DNA of 64,000 nt from Octopus bimaculoides (Eukaryota), in NCBI RefSeq assembly GCF_001194135.2, contig NC_068984.1:31753881-31817880 (forward strand). Reading direction: 5' to 3'. The stretch's first letter is position 1. Each line of letters begins with the position of its first letter. Positions 9,560 through 23,480 of this stretch are shown piece after piece. The notes beneath the pieces are model-generated. The model made no database searches, had not been told where the DNA came from, and saw nothing but the letters and a program-made list of their open reading frames with translations. The translations under genes were made by a program, and so were the position numbers.

Positions 9560-11880
9560 TTTTGAGCACTGCTTTTCACCAATCATCTTGGGCCTTTGTC
9601 ATCTCCTTCTCAGCACTCAGCATCCTGAGATTATCCTTTACTAATTTGAACCATGTCTTTCTGGGTCTTTCTCTTCCACTGTTTCCATCTTCTGTAAGTG
9701 ATTGGCCCTTCTTTACGTAATTTTCCTCATTGAAATGCATCGAAAGCCCAAATCAAAGCAGTTATTTCTCTTCTGCCCACTTTATCTGATTCCTTTTATA
9801 CCTAAACTTTATTTCAACATATATTTGGTTGCTGTTCATGCACACTAACATTGCACATCCCATGGAGCATGCTAGTTTCATTTTTACAAGCTGGCACATA
9901 AAAAGCACCAACTGATCGTGGTCATTACCATCTCTCTCTGGCCCCTGCGCTGGTGGCACGTAAAAGGCACCCACCACACTCTCAGAGTGGTTGGTGTTAG
10001 GAAGGGCATCCAGCTGTAGAAACACTGCCAGATCAGACTGGAGCCTGGTGCAGCCTCCTGGCTTCTCAGACTTCAGTCGAACCGTCCAACCCATCTTAGC
10101 ATGGAAAACGGACGTTAAACAACGATGATGATGACAATGGTGATGGTATCACTACCATGTAGCATTGCAGTTTGTACAAAAGCACCATACACTCTACTTT
10201 TAACTCTGAATGAGAAATATTTTGTTGCCATTATTAATAATAACTCTTTGTACACTCCATTCCATTCATACTCTAGTTATAATACTTTCAGAACATCTTC
10301 CATCACTACTAATCAGGCCACCATATTACATCACATTGGGCATTTGAAAACAACTATTTCCATGCATTCTTAGTATTTATTGAGCCACTGTGTCTTTCAC
10401 ATACATAGTTTGCTTTCTCTGCAAGCCTTCCCATGATACCATTGGAATTCTTGAGTATCCATAATTTGCAATGAGTTTACCTATGAAATTTTTCCCAATT
10501 CCTTTTCTATGCATCAACACAACCATTTACCTGATAGTAAAGTACCATGCCTGTTTTCCTGCTTACTAATATTTCAGTCTTTGCTTAGTTTGTTTTCAGG
10601 TATTCCAATTTCAGGTTTTGCTTTTTAACCTGAAATTTCTTCTTTACTTGTAATACAATTTAGTCTATACAAAAGTAGTCATCGGCATGTAGAAGTTCTC
10701 ACAAGTATCCACTCATACACTTTTCCATTATAGTCTGGTGGATTATGATAAATAGAAGCATTGATGGATGCCTCACTGCACACTAAATTTGTCATTGTAC
10801 TCATTGCTAAATCTCATTCTACTGACAAAAGTATTACACCTCTCAGTCATTCATCTACTCCGAGTTTCCTCAGTGATCACCACATCTTCGAACAAGTGAC
10901 TCTGCCAAAAAGTTTTCTCCAGGTCAACTAATGCTAACTACAATGGCTTACTTTTGGTTGAGTACTTCTCCTGCAATTGTCTCACTAGAATGATGATATC
11001 AGTAATAATTTTCCATTTCACATAATCGAACTATGTCTCATTAAAGTTAAATTTCTCTCTAATCAGTCAATCTATAACTCTTTCTGCTACTTTCAACATG
11101 AGATTCAAATTTTGAATTCCCTTTAATTAATTTTCTCTAAGAGATCTCATTTACCTTTGCAGTAGTTGAATACGATGTCTCTATGTCAGTAATTGGATGT
11201 GAAACCTTCTTGAACAGCCTGAGTAAATACACAGGTGACTAAGCCATATTTTATTCCGCCATATAATTTAATCATCTCATCAGCAATCTCTGATGAGCCA
11301 GTATATACTTAATTGAGTTACCTATAAAACTGCTGTCAATTAGAATAGCTGGACCCTTTGTTTAGTCAACACTGTGAAAACTCTCTTTCTCCTATACTTT
11401 CATTACATTTAATAGCCTTTTAAAGCAGCGCTTCTATGCCACTAAGTGCACATGTGACATTATCACCCATATAAACTTCATCACCACAACTTCAAGATTA
11501 TCTCTGATACACTGCCTAACAATCTAGAACATCTCCCAACTCTTGAGCTCATGTAAAAAATCAGCAAAACATGTTCTGTTTCTTCCCTTCATAAGTAAAC
11601 ATGGTACTTCTTCTCTCAACAGGTTGGAGGATCTCCTCTCACTCGTGTTTCATTTTGCACTTAGTTTTTTTCCGGTGGATGCCATTTTTAACACCAGATG
11701 CTCTGGAAAATACTTTTCTTTTGTTATAATCAACATGAGAGATTGCCATGTCCTTGACAAGACTAATGAGCCTTCCCAATCTTACATTTCACAGAGAGTT
11801 CTTGGTGCTTTTATTTCGACTCCAGCACTAGAGAGATATCCTAGTAGTGGAGTCACAATAAAGAATTCTGGAGATAGAAA
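9560..11880 (-). mobile_element. Decayed RTE LINE (RT to C-terminus), interrupted at ~9880-10140
   Basis: Minus-strand fragments ..FRVKSRVYGAFVQTAMLHGSDT.. and ..ENYVKKGQSLTEDGNSGRERPRKTW.. parallel the RTE at 47-49 kb. The left part is well supported; the right boundary is approximate. Confidence 0.65.
9880..10140 (+). mobile_element. RTE 3' UTR fragment with (GAT)n tail, nested in an older RTE
   Basis: GGTGGCACGTAAAA..AGGGCATCCAGCTGTAGAAAC..GCCAGATCAGACTGGAGCCTGGTGC..ATGGAAAACGGACGTTAAAC..GATGATGATG is collinear with 48880-49115. Confidence 0.85.
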
Positions 11881-11894
11881 GATGATTATATATC

Positions 11895-12190
11895 ATGACC
11901 ATCATCATCATATTTTAGCATCAGTTTTCCATGCTGGCATGAGTTAGACAGTTTGATTGAAACTGGTAAGCTGGAGAGCTGTACCACGCTCCAACCTGAT
12001 TTGGCTGGATACCCTCCCTAACATCTACCACTCCAAGAGTGTAGTGGGTGCCTTTTACATGTCTCTGGCAATGCCCATGACTACAAATTCCTTTGATTCG
12101 ACGAGTCTTCTCAAGCAGAGCAAATCACCAAAAGTCTCGATAATGTGCCATCACCTTCATGTGACCCAATGTCTGAAGATCATGCTTCAT
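11895..12190 (-). mobile_element. RTE 3' UTR fragment
   Basis: CATCATCAT..TTTTCCATGCTGGCATG..CCTTCC/CCCTCCTAAC..GAGTGTAGTGGGTGCCTTTTACATG. Confidence 0.7.
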
Positions 12191-13147
12191 CATGTTTGCA
12201 TGCATGCACGTATGTATGTATGTATGATTTATTCAAATGGCACAGTACATGTATTTAAACACTACTAATAGTTTCATATGTTGAAAATACTCAACATATT
12301 CTTCAGGAGCAAGCCACATATCATAACGAACTAAAAAAAATTGAATGATAGAAAAATTGACATACATACTTGTGTAAATATATTTGTTTGCATTTATGAG
12401 TGCATTTACACATATAACTACACATTTAACAATGGTAGCCAGATATACTTACAAGTAAAAGGATACCTCGATAAATATACAGATAGATAGAACGATAGTT
12501 AAATAAATTAAATGGCTGATAGATAGAAAAGCAGATTGAGAGATAGGCAATCATACAAAATATATATCAACAAGATAAAACATAAAAATACTTTTAAGAA
12601 AGACATAGAGAACAAAGAAAATATATGAGACTAATTTCTCTTGGTAAAGACATATGATCAGGATTGGCAAATATTTAAACAAAAGACAGATGTATTTAAT
12701 TTCAAATTTTAAGAAGAGAATCAGATTAAATTATATGAAATTACTTGAAATAAGAGGCAGAACAAAAAAAGAAAAAAAACAGGCAAACTAATAATAATAA
12801 TTATAATGATGGTGATGATAATAATGATGGTGATGATAATAATGATGGTGATGATAATAATGATGATAACAAAAATGATGATATTTATAAAAAGTTTTGG
12901 AAAATAGTAAAAGTATTATTGACAAGTTTCTACTTTTGCCTTTTCGATATTTTTTCAATTCCTTTCTTTGCTTACCATTACCAAACATTGAGTACTCCTT
13001 GTGTATACAAAAGTTAAAAGAAAAAGAAAGTAAAACGATAAATAAAAAGAAATAAAAATAATATTGTCTTGTAATTAACTAAACATAATTATTTTTCAAC
13101 TTAAGCCTTTTTATGTGAAAATCTAATATTTGATTTATTTGTTTGTC

Positions 13148-13187
<40 letters not shown>

Positions 13188-13208
13188 NNNNNNNNNNNNN
13201 NNNNNNNN

Positions 13209-13246
<38 letters not shown>

Positions 13247-13748
13247 TGGAGAGAGAGAGAGAATGAGAGAGAGGGATATGTAGATATGATTATGTATATG
13301 AGCTAACAAGGTTTTGTTCCTATGTGAATATACATTTTTGTATATGTAGCTCAGCATATATATTTTGTGTGTGTACTGTTATCTGCATAAGTGTAAAACT
13401 ACATGCATAAAATTAACTATATTCTAGACCTACTGTCCATGGAAGTGAAGTTAAAAAATGCTTCGGTAATATGATAGCAGTTTGCATTTTGCATTAATTT
13501 TCTCAATATATCCAAATATAATTATGTACATGCAAATAAACAGCTCTCTCTCTACAAACCCTTCTAGAGACAAATGCATAAAATTATTTTTATAAATATA
13601 CAAAAATATATATAAACATACACATAAATACTTCTGCCAGTCTATCTGTCTGTCACCCTCTATAATATACATATTTGTGAGTGTATATACATATATGCAT
13701 GTATATGCATAAACAGAGAGATAAGATACATATGTACGTAGATACATA

Positions 13749-13844
<96 letters not shown>

Positions 13845-14159
13845 TAGTTTACTAGTATAAAAGCACTATTGAAAAAAAATCTGTTTAAGTTTGTATTGCT
13901 TATAGGTCATAGCTTAGCTTGGCCACAATCCAGTGGATGGAATAATCAAAATTTAAAATGAGAACATACATGCATGCATATATGCATACACAAATGCACA
14001 CACACACACGCACACACAACACCACACACACACATACACACATGCACAATATTCACACAGACATACATATATATGTAAGAAAAAATACACATGTGTAATA
14101 GAGCCTTTATATTTTTATATATCACCAAATAGTATATTGCTGTTGATAGTATATAACTG

Positions 14160-14900
14160 GCTTGAACAGTACCATAGGTTTCATATCAATTATTGCTTTT
14201 GGCAATATTGATGACTCTTCAGACATACTGGCTGGAAGTGCATAAGCTCTTTAATGCTAGAGATATATATGAATCTTAGTTGCCTCGGTGTTAATAAAAA
14301 GAATTGGCACAAAGCATAGTGGAAATTTTTGCATGAGGTAAAGAGATTTTCTTCCCATGATGTTGACCATGTTTTATGCATGTCAGTTGTTTTTGAGTAC
14401 ATATATGCTGTTCTTTGTTGCCAAAATGGGTATGATTATGTTGCCAAAGTGAATTTCTGCTCTTGAGAGTAACATCTGACAACTTCTCTTTTTTAAGTTC
14501 AGGAAAGTGCCTGGATAATGTTTTTGAATGATTCTTTTCTTATCAAATTCAGATATGGCACAGATCATCCCAGTAATTTCCAATTGATTTTGTGCTGCAT
14601 AGCTTTCTCTTTTATCAACAAGCTCATCTTCTTTTCAGGTATATCATATCCAGTAAATATTGAATCATTTTCCAGAATTTAGGGGGAAATTTCAAAACAA
14701 ATTTGTTTGTTATTTCCAGTAAGCTGAATTTTTGCAAGTGTTTCAATTGTTGGTATTTTAACTGAATTGTTTAAGAATAAGTTGTCTGAGTAAAGAATTC
14801 AGGGCAGTACTGCAGGTGTATCAGGATCTCTAGATATAGCTGTTAGTAAGCTGACACACTACCAATTGAGCTAGCTGTGACTCACATATCTATGTATGAA
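14160..14900 (-). mobile_element. Possible L1/Tx1-type LINE relic (C-terminal region)
   Basis: Frameshifted minus-strand text ..IIIPILATKNSIYVLK..TTDMHKT..EENLFTSCK.. resembles the 'IIHRILATN..L.KLK....C..C..E...HLF..C' region of Tx1/L1 ORF2. Weak. Confidence 0.3.
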
Positions 14901-16084
14901 ACAAACATTCCTGTTAATATTCTCATTTTGAGAATTCTTCCAATGAATGCAGCAAGCAGAGGGAACAAACTATAAACCGTTACTGATAATGAGAAAAAAA
15001 GAATAAATAAAATAAGTTTTTAAAATTCTAATTTTCTATTTATTTTCTTTTTTAATATCAACTCAGTGCACAAACATATTTTGTCAGGCACGATTAATTT
15101 TTGCCTGAGATGTCAGATTGGCAAATTTTATCATAGGATGTGATCATTTCTTCATCTTTGGATCCCCTTAATTTGCTTCTGAGATTTTAAGCATGCTTCT
15201 TTTATTTTGCAATTTTACATCCTTAGTATGGATGAGTTAATTTTGATACAGATTTGGATACTTGAATATGATTTGGTAAAGCAAGTGATTTTATAGCCAA
15301 TGTGCCCTTTCTAATGGTGACTAATCAACTATAAACTATAAACTATAATTTTAATCTGGTTCATTGAAATACATGCAGAAATTATGCTTCCTTAACATTA
15401 TTTCAGAATATTCATGCATGCATAAAGCACATCATTTCTATAATGCTTTAAATTTTAATCAAACAGTTATATTTACATTCATTTTCTCAAGACTGCAATA
15501 GGTTTGATAGATTAATAAATTCATGCATATTTCCCTTAATTAGTTGCATTATTTTTTATGCTCTCTCATTCTCTCCCTACTTGCTTTCACCCTCTCTCTC
15601 TCTCTCTTTCTCTAATTATTCCTACTTTAGAATTATATGTTCTAAACATATTTAGAAGGTAATATGTATGTGCATTTATATCTACATATTGAGTCTCACT
15701 ATGAACTTTAATAAACCTGGTCTTAAATACAGGGCTACCATTTCCTTGGAATGAAGATTAAATTGATTTTGTTTCATTGTATTTATGGCTCATCAGAACT
15801 TATTTACCTCTCCCTTTAAATGTCAAAACAATCTGGATCATTCCTTAGTCCAAACAGCTGAAAGTTAAGTAATTCTATGACAAGGATTCATTTCAAAGTG
15901 AAAGCAAACATGTTTGTTTAGCACTTTCTTATGACTATGTATTAGGTTGTTTCACATAAAATGTCACATTTTTAATTACTTATTTCAGTCATTTAAAAAT
16001 GCAATTACGTATACCTTGCATTTAATTGTGACTCTTTTTCTTTCCCAACAATATTGGTATACAAAATTTGTACCCACAAATCTT

Positions 16085-17100
16085 ATGAAAATGATAACAA
16101 CTAAACTATGTTGAGTGATTTTCTTGATCTGAGTACAAACTCAGTCACCCTGCCACAGAAACTCTACGGAATATCAAACAGGCCTTTGGTAATAGTTTTG
16201 TTAACATCAGAACTGTTCAGAGATGTTTCCAAAGCTCTCGTTAAGGAGATGATAGCCTTGAAAATAAACCAAGGGATAGGTCAAGATCAGTTATTCAGCA
16301 CAATGGGTTAAATGCTTTGGTTGAACAAGGGTTCAAAACCTGAGAACAAGGGTTCAAAAACTCCAAGCATCTCACACAACTGTTTTTGGAAATCTGTAAA
16401 AACTTGGAAAAGTCAAGAAAACAGATAGGTTTGTTCCACATCAACTGAATAAGATTTAAAAAAACAGATGCCTCGAAGTGTGCCCCTTATTGGTTTCTCG
16501 ACTGGAAAAAGACCATTTTTGCATCAAATCAGTACTTTTGATGAGAAATAGATACTCTTTGACAACAGCAAGATAACAGGACAGTGATTAGATGCAGGAG
16601 AGTCACCTAAACGCTACCCAAACTCACCATCGCACCATAAAAAGTTATTGGTCACTGTATGGTGGTCTGTGACGGGAGTTAGTTATTCATTATTCATTTT
16701 TGCAACAAGGAAAAACAGTAACAGCAACATTGTATTGCCAGGTAATTGATTGTATATATGAGAGTTTGAAAAAAGAAGCAACCTAGGTTAGTGAATAGAG
16801 ATGGCCCAATACACGTCCTCACACTCCTCAAGCTACAGTCCAAAAGTTGCAAAGCTTGAATTATGAGATTTTGCAGTATCTTCCCTATTCCCCTGATATC
16901 TCTCCTACTGATCATCACTTATTTAAGTATTTTGAGCTTTTCATAACCAATAAAACTTTCTTAAATAAAGAAGAGATAATTGAAGCATTCGGACAGTTTA
17001 TCAAAGCAAAAGATGAATTTTTTTTTTAAAGATGGAATATTTGTCAGAGAGAAACATTGGGTAAACGTCGTAAATAAACATGGATCATACTTTGATTAAA
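16085..17100 (+). mobile_element. Decayed mariner (DD34D) transposase
   Basis: HPATETLRNIKQAFG..RTVQRCF (HTH), FDEK.ILFDN, KKLLVTVWWS, YLPYSPDISPTDHHLF, ..GSYFD*; multiple stops and frameshifts. Confidence 0.9.
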
Positions 17101-17489
17101 TAAATGAGTTCTCTAACACTNNNNNNNNNNTATATATATATATATATATATATGTTCAGTTATTTGTTTCAGTCGTCTGACTGTGGCCATGCTGGGTGTA
17201 AATCTTGTTTACATATTAATTTGTAACTTTCACTATAATCTTTCAACATGTTGCAAAGGTGATGATCCCTTATGATTCTTTACTGAAAGATAACACTAGT
17301 CAAATCAGTTGTGATTCTAGGTTACTGAGAGCTGTAGTTTAACTGTGGGTTCTAGAATGTTTATTAAGCACGTAGACATTATTCTCTCTCTCTCCATCTC
17401 TTTCTCTATTCCTCTGTACACACACACACACACACATACACACACACACATATTTACTCACAAACTGTGCTGTATAGTACGCTAGTAAA

Positions 17490-17688
17490 ATATTCTTTTC
17501 TACTCTAGGCACAAGGCCTGAGATTTTTGCAAAGGGGCCATGGTAACTGGTACTTAATTTATTGACCACAAAAGGATGAAAGGCAAAGTCGACCTTGGTG
17601 GAATTTGAACTCAGAAAGTAAAGACAAACGAAATACCACTAAGCATTTGGTCTGGACTGCTAACGTTTCTACCAGCTCGCTGCCTTAA
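17490..17688 (-). mobile_element. SINE family A
   Basis: Homologous to 2161-2397 (GGATGAAAGGCAAAGTCGACC..AATTTGAACTCAGAA..CCAGCTCGCTGCCTT). Confidence 0.85.
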
Positions 17689-17789
17689 AATATTGAGAAA
17701 GATATATTTGCAATTACTATACACATTCATTATTCTTTCACATCTCTTGGGCATCCCTACACACTTTTCATTTTACCTCCCATCTCTCT

Positions 17790-17950
17790 ATTTCTTTTTA
17801 AATCCCAGGCCTTACACAGACTTCAATGCTCAGTTCTCCAGAATGTCACCACTTTGGAATCTTCTTTCACTTCATAATTTTCCTGCAAGTGTTAACCTGC
17901 AATGCCATAAAGAGAACATTAATGGCATTGTTTTCAATCGTCTCTGATAT
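17790..17950 (+). mobile_element. Possible CR1/Jockey-group LINE, extreme 3' end
   Basis: ..FSRMSPLWNLLSLHNFPASVNLQCHKENIN.. resembles the terminal 'F.PRT..LWN.LP..VFP...NLQ.FK..IN' motif. Confidence 0.4.
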
Positions 17951-19798
17951 CTTTCAAAGTAAAGAATACAGCCCCTTCCTCCAGACTGAGCCCTCCAAAA
18001 GAAGACTGAGTAAAAAAATAATTCTTTAAATTATAGAATGGTCTAATGTTGAGTTTCCGTACCATAAATATTTTCTGCTATGAAGTTTCTACCTCAAATA
18101 ATTTACATTTGTTTAATGGCAGTCTGTCATTCTGGTGTTTGACTTATGAAAATAGAAACCTTTAGGTTTCTGAAGCTAAAATAACTATAGGTCTAAGTTG
18201 ATTTAGCTTCAAGCTATAGAATAATTATATCTTTCAACAACATTTTCATAAGAATTGATCTTTAATTTTTCTAAATCACCAAATTATTCGGGAAAATTTT
18301 TTAGTTTGGAATTTCTTTACATAATGTCCTCTCTGTTATGAATTTTCTGTATCTATTAGTGTACTAACATATTTTGAAGTAATTTTAGCTATAGTTATGT
18401 GACTCAATAAGGACAAAATAGTTGACAGCAAAATGGACTATGAGCAAAAGAGTTAATAGTTCATAGCAGGCCACTTGTATTGTATTGTTTCTAGCATCAA
18501 GATGCTTAACATTTGAATTGCTTCATTTTTATAGCTTTGTGAATCAATGTTAAGAATTAGAATGACTCAATGATATAAGTAGCAGTAGCACTGTGACATT
18601 GATGTGTTCTGTAAACTTACTGTAGTGTGCTCTGAACTTTCCATAGAGGGTATTGGCCTCTGTTAAGTTACCATGCTTGAATATACTACATGGAAATGAG
18701 CATTTAATTATTTGTTATGACCTTATGACTTAAAATACACCAATAAAATGTATTGCATGTGATGCCTTACATAATCAAAATTATAGCCACAGCTCTCAAA
18801 TGAGTATGTATCATTAGTATGTACCATGCTTTTGAGAATTGTTTCAGGTGTCAGCTTCAGATAAATAAAATTCAAAAACCTTACTCATCAGGCAGCATGG
18901 ATAATTATGTCATGTTAATATTGTTGTGTAGCCTCAGGAGGCTTATAAAGATCAGAACCATGTACAGTTATGTTATTGTCTTACTGAGCACTGAGACACT
19001 GAACAATTATTTTCACTTTGCTAGGTGAAGATATTTAAAATGATAACTGAAAATATTTTTTCTCTGCAAAACAAAATTTGTGACATTCATTCGTTTCTCC
19101 CAAGAAGTTAGTCATATAAGGGATACAAAATAGGTTTTAACAATCAATAATAGACTGAAAACATACTTAACTGAAAAATTACTATCATTCCATAATGTTG
19201 ACCAGACTTACTAAAGAAGTGTTAAAATCAAATCAAGTACAGAGATGTAGTCTGCTTCCAATAGATTAGTCTGTTAGACACACATCCATACACATACACA
19301 ATGTAAAGCGTATGACTACTCAAACTTAAATATTTCACATACTTACACATATATGCATATACAATACACATACTTACATACAAATTTAAAGAGGTATACA
19401 TATGTTCACAGGCGTATTTATTCTTTGCATTAAACAAGTCATAAACTTGACAATTATCAGTAATGAAGATATAGATTTACTGTTCGTTTGTGGAATGATT
19501 ATTTGTATTAAAAGTACTAATCCATTGATTTATTATATTAAGGTCTCAGTTTGGATACGCAAAATTAATGAGATTAGTTTGTATTATATCTCATTAATGA
19601 TTCAATAGAACAACTCAGACCTTAAACAAATACCATTTCTAGGAATATTTTTATTTCATTGACAAAAAGCATAAAAAGTAAAATATATCCAACAAATCCA
19701 TCAAATTGACTCAGTGTTTTATGTGTTGTGCTTTACATAGAGTGTTATGTATACAATACTCATAGACTCACTCACATAAATATATACATGTATACACA

Positions 19799-19829
<31 letters not shown>

Positions 19830-19833
<4 letters not shown>

Positions 19834-20522
19834 GTGCCACTCCCTAACAGTTGAGGGAACCCGTGGAAGAGGTAGGCCCAGGAAGACCTGGGCTGAGGTG
19901 GTGAGGCAAGACCTTCGAACATTGGGCCTCACCGAGGCGATGACTACTGACCGAGACCTTTGGAAATGTGCTGTGCGTGAGAAGACCCGGCAAGCCAAGT
20001 GATATCGTTGCCAGTGCCCCTGGACTGGCTCTTGTGCGGGTGGCACATAAGATGTACCATTCTGAGCGTGACCATTGCCAGTACCGCCTGACTGGCCTTN
20101 NNNNNNNNNNNNNNNNNNNNNNNNNNNNNNNNNNNNNNNNNNNNNNNNNNNNNNNNNNNNNNNNNNNNNNNNNNNNNNNNNNNNNNNNNNNNNNNNNNNN
20201 NNNNNNNNNNNNNNNNNNNNNNNNNNNNNNNNNNNNNNNNNNNNNNNNNNNNNNNNNNNNNNNNNNNNNNNNNNNNNNNNNNNNNNNNNNNNNNNNNNNN
20301 NNNNNNNNNNNNNNNNNNNNNNNNNNNNNNNNNNNNNNNNNNNNNNNNNNNNNNNNNNNNNNNNNNNNNNNNNNNNNNNNNNNNNNNNNNNNNNNNNNNN
20401 NNNNNNNNNNNNNNNNNNNNNNNNNNNNNNNNNNNNNNNNNNNNNNNNNNNNNNNNNNNNNNNNNNNNNNNNNNNNNNNNNNNNNNNNNNNNNNNNNNTA
20501 AACGATGATGATGATGATGATG
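19830..20522 (+). mobile_element. Young, 5'-truncated RTE 3' end (spans a gap)
   Basis: KCHSLTVEGTRGRGRPRKTWAEVVRQDLRTLGLTEAMTTDRDLWKCAVREKTRQAK*; CpGs retained; (GAT)n tail after the gap. Confidence 0.9.
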
Positions 20523-20565
<43 letters not shown>

Positions 20566-20643
20566 AGAGGATAAAGCTTTTTTTAAAAATTCTATCAGTG
20601 GCCATCATATAAAATGAAACCAATTAAGGTGAAAATTATCTGT

Positions 20644-21093
20644 ATAATTAGAATAAGGGCATAAAAATTTTTTTCTAGCCTATATGGTGCGAAAAAGATG
20701 CTGAATCATCTCACTGCTCAAAGAAGTCACAAACACATGTTGAATTCAACACAACAAGCTAATGGAATTCTTTTAATAAAATAGATAGTTCTGTATTACT
20801 AAAAGAAATAAATGAAATATTTATGTATACTGTGGGTGTATTAATATGTACTGTGAGTATATATAAATATTTCATTTGTTTTTATTAGTATGTTCTGCTG
20901 AAGATGGGGAGCCTTTGGGCAAAACCAGAAATTAGGCTAATACAGAACTATCAATTTTATTAAAAAGTTTCCATTAGTTTCTTGTATCAAATTCAACATG
21001 TGTGTTTGTGACTTCTTTAAATGGTGAGATGACTTAGCATCTTTTTCTAAGCATATAGGCTAGAAACTTTTTCTAAGCCCTTATTATAGTTAT
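20644..21093. mobile_element. MITE with ~150-bp terminal inverted repeats
   Basis: 20644-20798 is an imperfect reverse complement of 20938-21093; a short inner IR AAATGAAATATTTAT / ATAAATATTTCATTT is also present. Confidence 0.8.
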
Positions 21094-22750
21094 ATGTATA
21101 TACTTGTACATATAAACCATACAATGTCCTGGAGTTGTAGCCCTCAAAGTCAATGACTCGACTCATTTGAACTTGCCTTACTATCTTGAAGAATAAAAAT
21201 AAAATGGAAAGACTGAAACCTACCTTAATAAGAACTATGTACTAGTCAAGGAATTTTTGTGGAAGAATACAAAAGTGGCTTCACTGTTACCTTCCTTTAA
21301 GTACCATTTTTCTTCAGAAAGTATACCTTGGCAGGATTTGAACTCAGAATATGAAAATTAAAGACCAATACTATAAGGTATGATGCACTAATTACTCCAC
21401 CTTTAGGTCACCTTTTTCAATAAGACTGAATGATCAAGATGAGTATGACCACTAATGAACTCAGGTTAGTTAATGACAACAATTAGAAGGATAAATCCAT
21501 TCAGAGATTCTTGTCTTAGATATGATTTCTGTTCATCAGTTTTATCACGATGCACTTTTTACATAATGGTTTATTAATCACACTTGATGATGACCCAGTA
21601 ACTGACAAAAGATAAATAAAAGACTGTGGGGAAGAAGTAAAATGTATTATGTGTATTCATCCTTTGATGAAAGATGAAGACAATGACTTCAAAGTTACTG
21701 CATTACAAAAGAAGATGTATCCAGGCTACAGACCAGAGAATCACACTGCTCTCACCTGTACTATTAACTTCTGTGAGTTTGAAGTTATGAAATTGTCAGT
21801 ATCTTGTTGTCACAAATGTGTGATATCCTCAATGCTACAATGAACGATTCACTTGCTGTGAAAAAATGTTCCAGCCATCAGTAATCAGAGAACATCATGA
21901 CCAGCTATGATGCACTTTTGAAAGGAATGCAGTCATGTGGGAGAGGGTAGAAAACAGTGGCTATTCTCACATATACTACACCTTCCATGTGCTTGAAAAT
22001 ATGGAAATAGAAGTATGACAATTGTCATAGATATGTAGAATACCCTAAAAACTTCAACTAGATATTTTACCCTTATTTGGTAGTCTGCTACACATTTTCA
22101 GTGCTGTGTTACTCAGTAGGCACAGATGTTGGATAAGCACATGGCACTTTTATTTTAGTGATAAATGTCTGTGCTCAGATCAGACTCACTTTGTCATTCT
22201 CACACAATATACCCAGTGGTAAAATAAAGTCAAAATAATTGTGCTGATATGAAAATGCAGGAGATTGCAGTGGTTGCAAGGATCTCCAGATCTTGCAGTA
22301 ACAATTAACTTGGTGTGGGCACAGGTCATAAAGTATCAGTCCAGATGTTTGTCCTGCATAATTGCATTTTGCCACCTACACCAGGTGCCCTTAATTGGAC
22401 TGCTGCTACCAACTTCAAAGCTATAGAGATCAAGGTTTCTTATTCCTTCCATTCCTCATTTGAATGAAATGTAAACTTGCCTTTAAACATATGCATTGCT
22501 GGATTGCCTTTGATTGTCCTGAGTTATCTACCCCTTTGATGGGTCATGATTTCAATCCTGCAATGTGTTCAAAATCAATCTCTTCATGAAGCAAGCTTAG
22601 TGGGATAGACAGTTTAGAAAACCCAAATATCCAATGCGAAGTTACATGTTATATGTTGTATACATATATTTATATAGAAAATTGATGTAAGAGAATATAG
22701 AAATAAATCCACAGAAGTTGAGAGTTCAATTAATAATTAAATTTCTAGAA

Positions 22751-23002
22751 TATTATTGGTGCATAATTATTGTGGCATTTTTTCAACAAATTTCATTCAA
22801 CAAAAACAATAACAATATTTAACAAAAACATCTTAAATGACTGTATGACCGTCTGCCAAGCAAATGAGAAGCAGTAATTGGAGTAAATGGTGAACATGCT
22901 CCGAAATAATCATTTAAAGATGTTTTTGTTACATGTTGTTATTGTTTTGGTTGAATAAAATTTGTAGAAAAAAAGCCACAATTATTATGCACCAACCCAA
23001 TA
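22751..23002. mobile_element. Mariner-derived MITE (~250 bp)
   Basis: TATTATTGGTGCATAATTATTGTGGC..GCCACAATTATTATGCACCAACCCAATA; arms extend ~90 bp; termini resemble the ATTAGGTTGGTGCA-type mariner TIR. Confidence 0.8.
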
Positions 23003-23099
23003 CATTGCAAACAAATTCAAGCAGAACTGTGAGATAATGTATATACAATCTATGCATGGTGCATTTGTCACTATTATCTTCACCTGGTCATCACCATTT

Positions 23100-23480
23100 T
23101 CATTCAATACCATCTGACCCAAACAAGTTGATTTTAGTCTCATCGGAAAAAAAAAAGAATTTTATTCTAAAACTCCTTTCCCATAGGTATGGGCAGATAC
23201 ACTCTTTCCACTAACAGAAGACACTTCTTGGACTAATAAAGTGGTACGATGCCTGTCATCCATCATACAATGCTGGATGTGGCAAATATCATGTGCTGTT
23301 AAAATAGAAGGATGACCTGGATGATGTTCATTGCTTAGCTGTCCAGTAGCTTTGTGCATTTGAATTCCGTTGGCAATTGTGTTTATGTGATATATAATTC
23401 ATTTGCTAGATTAACTTGCATCCAAAACCATTCTTGTGAAAATTCAAAATAATTTTCTTAAAATTTTCAGACAATTCTTT
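23100..23480 (-). mobile_element. Mariner transposase N-terminal relic
   Basis: ..EFKCT..NEHHPGHPSILTAHDICHIQHCMMDDRHRT.. matches the 'EFKRG..EDDPRSGRP..T.ENI..V...VM.DRR' pattern. Confidence 0.6.

Noticed and set aside
15808-15857. 50-nt segment with good minus-strand acceptor and donor
   Set aside because: Stop codons in all three frames; shows that such splice patterns arise by chance here.
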